Shown piece by piece: positions 58,126 to 64,000 of a stretch of DNA of 64,000 bases. The stretch is taken from NCBI GenBank assembly GCA_035516035.1, contig DATJAS010000029.1:14434-78433 (forward strand), read 5' to 3'. The notes under the pieces were generated by a model. The model saw only the letters and a program-made list of their open reading frames with translations, did no database searches and was not told the origin of the DNA. Within the stretch, counting starts at the first letter, position 1. Every line of letters starts with the position of its first letter. This stretch comes from Bacteroidota bacterium. GTDB taxonomy: Bacteria; Bacteroidota; Ignavibacteria; UBA10030; UBA6906. The translations under genes were made by a program, and so were the position numbers.

Positions 58126-58533
58126 TCAGTGATCTCCGTGATGCTGGTGCACCCGCCGCGGATCGTGATCGAGCGTGCCTGAGGCGATCGCGGCGATCAC
58201 CTCGTCGATTGTGCGAAGGCCGGTGAGCACCGGCAGGAGATTGGCCCGCCGGAGATGGTCGACCGCTCCCTGCCCCATCCCGCGCACAATCACTGCCTGG
58301 CAGTCGAGGATGGGGGAAACCATCGTCCGGTGCCGGTGTTCGTGGTCGTGCTCCCCCTGGCTGCTCCCCTCCGGGCCGAAACTGTGATGCCCAGCCTTCT
58401 CCCTCCGCTCCCTCCTGACGACCCTCCCTGCAGCAAGGTGGATGACCTCGTAATACCCAGCGCGGCCGAAATGCGAGCTGACCGTAGTGCCGTCGTCTGT
58501 GGCGACGGCGATTTTCGCGTTTTGCAGATCCAT
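58126..58533 (-). CDS. NifB/NifX-family (dinitrogenase FeMo-cofactor-binding domain) protein with His-rich regions
   Basis: KIAVATDDGTTVSSHFGRAGYYEV N-terminus typical of PF02579. His-rich tails (EHDHEHRHR, HQHHGDH). Confidence 0.6.
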   Translation of the reverse strand: MDLQNAKIAVATDDGTTVSSHFGRAGYYEVIHLAAGRVVRRERREKAGHHSFGPEGSSQGEHDHEHRHRTMVSPILDCQAVIVRGMGQGAVDHLRRANLLPVLTGLRTIDEVIAAIASGTLDHDPRRVHQHHGDH

Positions 58534-58537
58534 GGTA

Positions 58538-59731
58538 TTAACAGCCTCCGCTGATTTTTTTTACCGCCGGGGGTGGCGCGCTTGCGCGCGCCCTGTACTC
58601 CCGGATCATCTGCGCGAGCACCGGCTTCGCTTCCGTGCGGAAGCGGAAGGTGTCGGCTTCGTCGCGGGAGCGCGGCGGGTGGGATGGTGTGAACCCGAGG
58701 ATCGTGGAGTCGACCGCGGCGACGCCTCCCTCCAGCACGCGGACGTTATCGTAACCCAGACGGAGCGCGAGGAACGCGGCGTTCCGCGCGGCGCTGCCGT
58801 CCCTGTCGACAAACACCCGCTCTTCGTGCCGCATCCCGAGCAGGCCCGCGTATTGCTTCCCGAACAGTGCCCCGGGGGGGATATTGACGGACCCGGGGAG
58901 TATGGTGGCCGTGGAGTCCAGGGCGGTGCGGACGTCGACAATCACCAGCCGCGGGTCGCGGTCGATGATCCGGAATGCCAGCTCGTCGGCCGTCATCATG
59001 GCGATGGGGTGGCTCCTCTGGAACTCCGCGGAACGGCTCTCGTCGACGAGCAGCGTTTTCCTGTCGGGAATGAACAGCGCCACAATCCCCAGGGCGACGA
59101 GTCCCGCTCCCGCGAGCGCGTGCGCTCGGCGCGGCCACGCACGCGCGGGGCTCTCCGGGTTGACCCGCTTTTCTATCCAGGTCGTTGCCGCGAACGCGCC
59201 GACGGCGACCAGAATGAGCAGCAGTACAAACACCCCTTGCGACATCCCGAGCGAGTCGAACACCCTGATCGGCCCCAGCGCGCCGGATGCGTAGAACCCG
59301 TCGTACAAGGGGAAGAGCTCGCCGAAGACGAATACCCCCAGGATACCGCCGGATACAAAGGCGATGGCGTCTTTCTTGCCGATTGACGCCGCGACGATGC
59401 TGGTCCCCGGGCAGTATCCCCCGAGGATGAATCCCACCCCCATGATCGCCCCGCCGACGATCGCCGGCCCGAGAAACATCGGGTTGACGTAAATGATATC
59501 GGTATCCAGGTAGCCGAAATACCCGAGGAAGATTACTCCGAGCATCGCGGTGACGGCCGCAGTGAAAAACACACGGAGCACCGTAAAATCGTAGCCGTAA
59601 AAGAGCCCGGCCAGCCGCCGGGAAGACGAGAACCCCGCCTGCTCGAGCACGGCGCCGAATGCGATCCCGAGCAGGAATGCGACCACCAGGTTCATCTCGT
59701 TGGTGATGATATCGGGGACAAATGGTCCCAT
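58538..59731 (-). CDS. YeeE/YedE-family sulfur-compound transporter fused to C-terminal rhodanese domain
   Basis: GGYCPG sulphur-transport motif. Rhodanese-like C-terminus (VIVDVRTALD...NVRVLEGG). Confidence 0.75.
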   Translation of the reverse strand: MGPFVPDIITNEMNLVVAFLLGIAFGAVLEQAGFSSSRRLAGLFYGYDFTVLRVFFTAAVTAMLGVIFLGYFGYLDTDIIYVNPMFLGPAIVGGAIMGVGFILGGYCPGTSIVAASIGKKDAIAFVSGGILGVFVFGELFPLYDGFYASGALGPIRVFDSLGMSQGVFVLLLILVAVGAFAATTWIEKRVNPESPARAWPRRAHALAGAGLVALGIVALFIPDRKTLLVDESRSAEFQRSHPIAMMTADELAFRIIDRDPRLVIVDVRTALDSTATILPGSVNIPPGALFGKQYAGLLGMRHEERVFVDRDGSAARNAAFLALRLGYDNVRVLEGGVAAVDSTILGFTPSHPPRSRDEADTFRFRTEAKPVLAQMIREYRARASAPPPAVKKISGGC

Positions 59732-59762
59732 GGAATTGCCTTTGTTAAGTCCTTGTCATTGC

Positions 59763-59807
59763 GAGTGGCGCCGCAGGCGCCACGAAGCAATCAGATCCAG
59801 AGCCTGC
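59763..59807. repeat. REP/MITE-like element, copy I (between the two yeeE-like genes)
   Basis: gtcattgcgag-tggcgccgcaggcgcca-cgaagcaatc. Confidence 0.7.
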
Positions 59808-60303
59808 GGAAGAAATACGCGACCAGGTACCCGCTGCCGAAGATGGCGATCATCGTCAGGAACCCGCCGCTGCTGAGCACCGCCATGCCGCTGAGCGCTG
59901 CGCCGCTGGTGCAACCCCGGGCGAACTGCGCCCCGGCGCCGAAGAGCGCGCCTCCCAGCACCGCCATGACCATGCGGAGCCCGGTCGTAGCGCGTGGACC
60001 TTTCTCCGTCACCCACGTGAGTCTCCGCGAGACCACTCCCGAGAGGAATCCCCCGAAGAGCACGCCGGCGACCTCGAAGACCAGCCACTGCTTGAGGGGG
60101 CTCCCTTCGTGGGCTCCCGCAAACTCCCTGTAAAAGGGGGAAGACTCGAGGTGGTTCGGCGAGGCAGTCTGCACGCCTGCGACGACGACGCTCTTGAGCG
60201 CGCCGCTGGCCCCGAGGCCCCGCCCGGTGAGATAAATCGTCAGCAGGAGGACGAGCCCGAGCAGCACCCCTGCCAGGTACGGATTCATGTATTTCGTGTT
60301 CAT
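59791..60303 (-). CDS. YeeE/YedE-family membrane protein (second half-transporter)
   Basis: FARGCTSGAALSG motif. ATGA overlap with upstream cytochrome b gene. Confidence 0.7.
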   Translation of the reverse strand: MNTKYMNPYLAGVLLGLVLLLTIYLTGRGLGASGALKSVVVAGVQTASPNHLESSPFYREFAGAHEGSPLKQWLVFEVAGVLFGGFLSGVVSRRLTWVTEKGPRATTGLRMVMAVLGGALFGAGAQFARGCTSGAALSGMAVLSSGGFLTMIAIFGSGYLVAYFFRRLWI

Positions 60304-60956
60304 GGCGTAGCTCCTTGTCTGGCCGCGTTGCCGGGTGAGTCCTTCTCTTCGCCGGCCTCCAGTTCCTCCCAGCCTGTGATCATGGCGCGCAGGTTCGAGA
60401 CCGGGGTCCTCCCCGTGGTGATGAGATAGAGGTGGGCGATCAGGAACGCCACGAGGAGGAACGCACCGGCCGTGTGGAGCAGCGCCACGACACGGAGCCC
60501 CTCGATGTTGAGTGCCTCGATGGCGTGGCGGGAGGGGTACCTGTAGAACATATAGAGGAGGCCGGAAAGGACAAGGACCGGGATGACCAGGATCTTGAGC
60601 CCGAGATAGACGAGCCGCTGCAGCGGGTTCAGCTTGCTCAGGCCGGTCTTCCGGGTGGGATGGGGCGCGTTCCGGAATATCCCGAAGAGGTAGTAGGCGA
60701 GTTGTGCACGGAGGTGGCTGCGCGTCGGGATATACTGGCGCCATTCACCCGTCGTCAGGTGCCAGAAGATGGCGAACGCAATGAGCGCAAGGAGCGCTCT
60801 GGCGGCGAGCGAATGGTAGCGCACCGCCTGGTCGAACCCGAAGAACGAGATGGAGCCGTGGATCTCGAACCCCGTGATCATCATGAAGAGTATCAGCAGG
60901 GCCTGCGTCCAGTGCCAGAACCGCTCAAACGCCCGGTAAATGTATTCGCGTTTCAT
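60300..60956 (-). CDS. membrane di-heme cytochrome b subunit (Ni/Fe-hydrogenase / thiosulfate-reductase cytochrome b family)
   Basis: 4 TM helices with conserved His (FERFWHWTQALL, HSLAARALLA, HLYLITTG). ATGA overlap with octaheme cytochrome gene. Confidence 0.65.
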   Translation of the reverse strand: MKREYIYRAFERFWHWTQALLILFMMITGFEIHGSISFFGFDQAVRYHSLAARALLALIAFAIFWHLTTGEWRQYIPTRSHLRAQLAYYLFGIFRNAPHPTRKTGLSKLNPLQRLVYLGLKILVIPVLVLSGLLYMFYRYPSRHAIEALNIEGLRVVALLHTAGAFLLVAFLIAHLYLITTGRTPVSNLRAMITGWEELEAGEEKDSPGNAARQGATP

Positions 60957-62527
60957 GTCCGTGTCCCCCTGCGTCGTGACCGCCGCGAGATGACCCGTGC
61001 CGCGCCGTGCACGACGACTCCCGCACATGTGAGTAGAATGAGCGTCGCGCCAGCAGTGTCGAGCGCGCCGCTGTAGTCCCGTCCGGGCATGTAGAATCCG
61101 GTCAGGCCTGCAAGGCGGGAGTCGTTCCGCGTGTGGCATTCGCCGCACCGCACTGCGTCCTCTTTCGGCGCGACCATGTGGTTGACGGGCCACACCATCT
61201 CGGTTTCGACGAATCCCATGTGACCGCTGTAAGGCTCTCCGGCAAGTGCCATGCCCGCCCTGATCGACGCATCCCAGCTGAAGTCCTGCCAGTAGCCCCC
61301 CTCCCCCTTCCGCGGGGCGAAGAGCTTCGGCTGCACGATCCGGCGGTAGACGGGGTCGTAGGGCTGCAACGCCGTGTGGATCTTGACGGGGATGATCCTG
61401 GCGTCGGGATCTCCGTAGTCGCCGTGCAGTTCGTTGAGTTTGACCGGGACGGCGACGATACTGTCCCCCAGGAGGTAGTGTGAGGCGGTGCCGTTTGACC
61501 AGGCGTACTCGGGCCGGACGTTTTTCGCCCAGACAAACGATCCCTTGATCGACATGTACGTGTCGGTGCCCGACGAATCCTTTTCTTCATACGGCTCCCC
61601 GTTCCGGAGCCTCCCCGCCGTCGACCAATCCCACCGGAGCTTGGTTTTGTTCACGCGCGCGAACAGGGGGATGTGGCAGCTCTGGCAGGCCACCTTGTAC
61701 GTATGTTCGTTCAGGATGTCGTCGTTGTGGGGCATCGCGGAGTGGCAGTCCTCGCACGCCACCCGGTTCCTGTTCATGGAGGAGATGGAATACGTCTTCC
61801 CCTTCATCTGGTGCTTGTGGGCGGTGTGGCAATCCGTGCACTGCATGTCCCCGCCGTCGAGCCCCATATGGACGTCCACCGTCCTGGTGGTGGCAAACAT
61901 CGCGGCGTCGAGGTCGCCGTGCTTGACGTTGTTCCCCCCTCCGCCGAAGAAGTGGCATGTCCCGCACGTCGTGCGCGTGGGCAGGCCGACGCTCTGCGCG
62001 ACCAGAGTGAGGTTGACCGATGAGTCAGGGAGGCCGGCTCCACCGGAGGCCTTGACATAGGTGTTGCTGTTGTCGTGGCAGGCGAGGCAGTCGACGTTCA
62101 GGGAATCCGCGAAGTCGAACGGTTTCTCGTCCGACCACCCGTACCCGATGTGGCACTTGTTGCAGCTCTGGTGGCTCCCCGCCGTGCCGATGCAGAAATT
62201 GTTCAGGATGTTCTTCTTGCCGACGTAGCGGATCCCGCGGCCCGGGATATACTCCTCCCGCTCCCAGTTCCAGTGCGAGGATTTCATCACCTCGCGCGCG
62301 CGGCCGTTATGGCAGGCAATGCATTCGTGCGTGACCTCCTGTGGCTTCGCGAAGCGCTTCCGGAGCTGGGGGAATTTTGCATGGTCGACGGATGCAGTCT
62401 CCCGCGCCCTGTACCTCCGGCGGAGCAAGTCCGTTTCGGAGGGGTCCGTCGCCCGCCGCTCGAGGGCGACGCTTGCCGCAACGAGCGCGGCGGCGATAAG
62501 CACCGTGACGATAATGACTCGTTTCAT
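60953..62527 (-). CDS. periplasmic octaheme c-type cytochrome (tetrathionate-reductase/OTR-like family)
   Basis: Signal peptide. Eight CxxCH motifs (CIACH, CNKCH, CLACH, CGTCH, CTDCH, CEDCH, CQSCH, CGECH). Confidence 0.75.
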   Translation of the reverse strand: MKRVIIVTVLIAAALVAASVALERRATDPSETDLLRRRYRARETASVDHAKFPQLRKRFAKPQEVTHECIACHNGRAREVMKSSHWNWEREEYIPGRGIRYVGKKNILNNFCIGTAGSHQSCNKCHIGYGWSDEKPFDFADSLNVDCLACHDNSNTYVKASGGAGLPDSSVNLTLVAQSVGLPTRTTCGTCHFFGGGGNNVKHGDLDAAMFATTRTVDVHMGLDGGDMQCTDCHTAHKHQMKGKTYSISSMNRNRVACEDCHSAMPHNDDILNEHTYKVACQSCHIPLFARVNKTKLRWDWSTAGRLRNGEPYEEKDSSGTDTYMSIKGSFVWAKNVRPEYAWSNGTASHYLLGDSIVAVPVKLNELHGDYGDPDARIIPVKIHTALQPYDPVYRRIVQPKLFAPRKGEGGYWQDFSWDASIRAGMALAGEPYSGHMGFVETEMVWPVNHMVAPKEDAVRCGECHTRNDSRLAGLTGFYMPGRDYSGALDTAGATLILLTCAGVVVHGAARVISRRSRRRGTRT

Positions 62528-62958
62528 GGGGTGGTTTGCTGTATCAGTTGCTTGATGCCGGCGCAGGACGTCGCCATGCGGTAGACCTCGCAGGAGCGGC
62601 ATTCCCGGCCTTCGCATGGATTGCCGGCGTGACGGTATGTCCAGCAGCCGCCGTCGTGGTCCGTGTACGCGGGACAGTGCCTGCGCTCCTCGTCCGTGCA
62701 GTGGACGAATTGCCAGCAGGGAATGAGCGAATGCATCCTGCGGATCCCGGCGATCCCGACTTTTTCTTCGGTGATCGCTCTGCGAATGCACTCAAGCCTG
62801 TGGACGTCTGCTTCGGTGTACAGTCGCTGTCCCCCTGCCGACTTGTGCGGCAGTATCAATCCCTCCGATTCGTAGAGGCGAAGCGTCTGTACGGAGACCT
62901 CGAGGAGACGGGCAACAGTCCCGATCGAATAGACAGGTTTATCAGTTCTCTGGTCCAT
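62524..62958 (-). CDS. MerR-family transcriptional regulator with C-terminal 8-cysteine domain
   Basis: MerR HTH (YSIGTVARLLEVSVQTLRLYESEGL). C-terminus CWQFVHC...HCP...GGCW...NPCEGRECRSCEV. Stop overlaps start of cytochrome gene. Confidence 0.7.
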   Translation of the reverse strand: MDQRTDKPVYSIGTVARLLEVSVQTLRLYESEGLILPHKSAGGQRLYTEADVHRLECIRRAITEEKVGIAGIRRMHSLIPCWQFVHCTDEERRHCPAYTDHDGGCWTYRHAGNPCEGRECRSCEVYRMATSCAGIKQLIQQTTP

Positions 62959-63235
62959 ACCTACAGTTATAGCTAGCAAGTTAGATGCCAGTGTAATATG
63001 TAGCTCCCAGATGCTGCGTTTTTCAGGGGAATCGGCGGGCTATCGATAAGGAGTGACAAATCCAGGTGTTGTTGCTTGCCACCAAGTGTTGCGGCTTTCA
63101 ACACTCACATGTGCGTTCGGGCTTCGGAATCGCCAATCTTGCCAAATGAGTTCTCGATTCCTGCAACCATGCAAGGTGAGGAGCGAGTCAGCGCGGGAAA
63201 TAATGCCGGCGAGATTGATTGGTGCGGACTTCCAC

Positions 63236-63292
63236 GCGAAGAAGCGGCGCCTGCGGCGCCGCAGAGGCGCCGCAGGCCGTGCAATCTCATTA
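63236..63292. repeat. REP/MITE-like element, copy J (5' arm missing)
   Basis: gaagcggcgcctgcggcgccgcagaggcgccgcaggccgtgcaatctcat. Confidence 0.5.
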
Positions 63293-63434
63293 ACACATTA
63301 TCTACGGACCGCGAACCAGGCCAGGAGGGGAAGAAGCACCGCGAGCAGGTACACCATGAACCGCAGCGCCCTCCCGAGACCCGTATCCGCGTACATGTTC
63401 AGCAGTCCTCTGTGCGTGAAGGTCGAGGCGCACA

Positions 63435-64000
63435 TCACGATGTCACCTGGAGGGCGACGTAGAACGTGTTGTCGCCTCTCCTGATGAGCAGCGCCACGCT
63501 GTCATGCTTGCCGATGTGCTCGAACGCCTTGTGGAAATCGCTCACCGACGTGATCCGGGCCTTGTTCACTTCCTTGATCAGGTCGTTCTTCTGAATCCCG
63601 GCTTCGTCAGCGGGACTCTCGGGCTTGACGGCGGCGACAAGCACTCCCTGCTCGTTGTGGAATCCGAGGGCTTTCTCGGCTGAAGCGGTCAACTCCTGGA
63701 CGGAGAGTCCGAACTGTTCGGCCGACGTCTTGTCCTGCGACGGTTCCCCTGAACCGTTTGCCGCGACATTCTTCGGCCGCTCCCCGAGCTTCACCACGAT
63801 GTCGCGCTCCTTGCCGTCGCGCAGGACCATCACGTTGGCATCCGAACCCGGCTCCGCCTCCGCGACGAGGTTCCTGAGCTGGACGCTGTTCTCCACCTCC
63901 GAGCCGTTGAACTTCGTGATGACGTCGCCCCGCTTGATCCCCGCCTTGTCGGCCGGCCCGTCACGGTTGACGCCGCCCACCAGGCACCCTTTCGTGTCCT
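63435..64000 (-). CDS. HtrA/DegP-family serine protease, C-terminal part with two PDZ domains (partial, continues beyond window)
   Basis: PDZ motifs (GVNRDGPADKAGIKRGDVITKFNG; PESPADEAGIQKNDLIKEVN). ORF open to the window edge. Confidence 0.65.
   Translation of the reverse strand, partial: DTKGCLVGGVNRDGPADKAGIKRGDVITKFNGSEVENSVQLRNLVAEAEPGSDANVMVLRDGKERDIVVKLGERPKNVAANGSGEPSQDKTSAEQFGLSVQELTASAEKALGFHNEQGVLVAAVKPESPADEAGIQKNDLIKEVNKARITSVSDFHKAFEHIGKHDSVALLIRRGDNTFYVALQVTS

Noticed and set aside
63300-63435. ~44-aa hydrophobic minus-strand mini-ORF between REP copy J and the HtrA gene
   Set aside because: Below ORF-track length, no RBS evident. Could be a small membrane peptide but is unsupported.
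1-64000. Search for tRNA, rRNA and CRISPR arrays
   Set aside because: No T-loop (GGTTCGAATCC-like) or cloverleaf candidates were found in the intergenic gaps. No rRNA-like conserved stretches. The direct-repeat arrays at 14848 and 35157 have no spacer-repeat CRISPR architecture (units abut directly, no cas genes).

Overview
High-GC (~65-68%) bacterial chromosomal window, densely coded, with about 57 protein-coding genes, Shine-Dalgarno type ribosome-binding sites and many ATGA start/stop overlaps. No rRNA, tRNA or CRISPR array is visible. One secreted protein carries a T9SS C-terminal sorting domain, which suggests an FCB-superphylum-like organism.

Gene content, in order:
- secreted peptidases (M61, M28, S53) and glycosidases (GH37 trehalase, GH35 beta-galactosidase, one large GH-like protein)
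- several two-component systems (hybrid histidine kinase, PAS/HisKA_2 kinase, LytS/LytTR)
- ECF sigma factor paired with a YciI-like protein
- two ABC exporter modules, one with a LolA-like protein and a beta-barrel
- an NfeD-flotillin pair
- an octaheme cytochrome c / cytochrome b / YeeE / rhodanese / NifX sulfur-redox operon headed by a Cys-rich MerR regulator
- a small, lower-GC island (~43.9-47.6 kb) with a mercury-methylation corrinoid protein gene (hgcA, no adjacent hgcB) directly followed by arsR-arsC-acr3.

The hgcA island is bracketed by two near-identical ~85-bp direct repeats and contains two copies of a shared palindromic operator. A REP/MITE-like hairpin element (TCATTGCGAG...GC-palindrome...GAAGCAATC) recurs at least 10 times in intergenic regions. 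Two different tandem direct-repeat arrays are present (44-bp x3 at a response-regulator 3' end; 31-bp x4 in a methyltransferase promoter).

All product calls come from motif recognition in the translated ORFs, not from database searches. Coordinates of internal starts were derived from the ORF track by residue counting. Positions I indexed by hand for repeats and promoters may be off by 1-2 nt.
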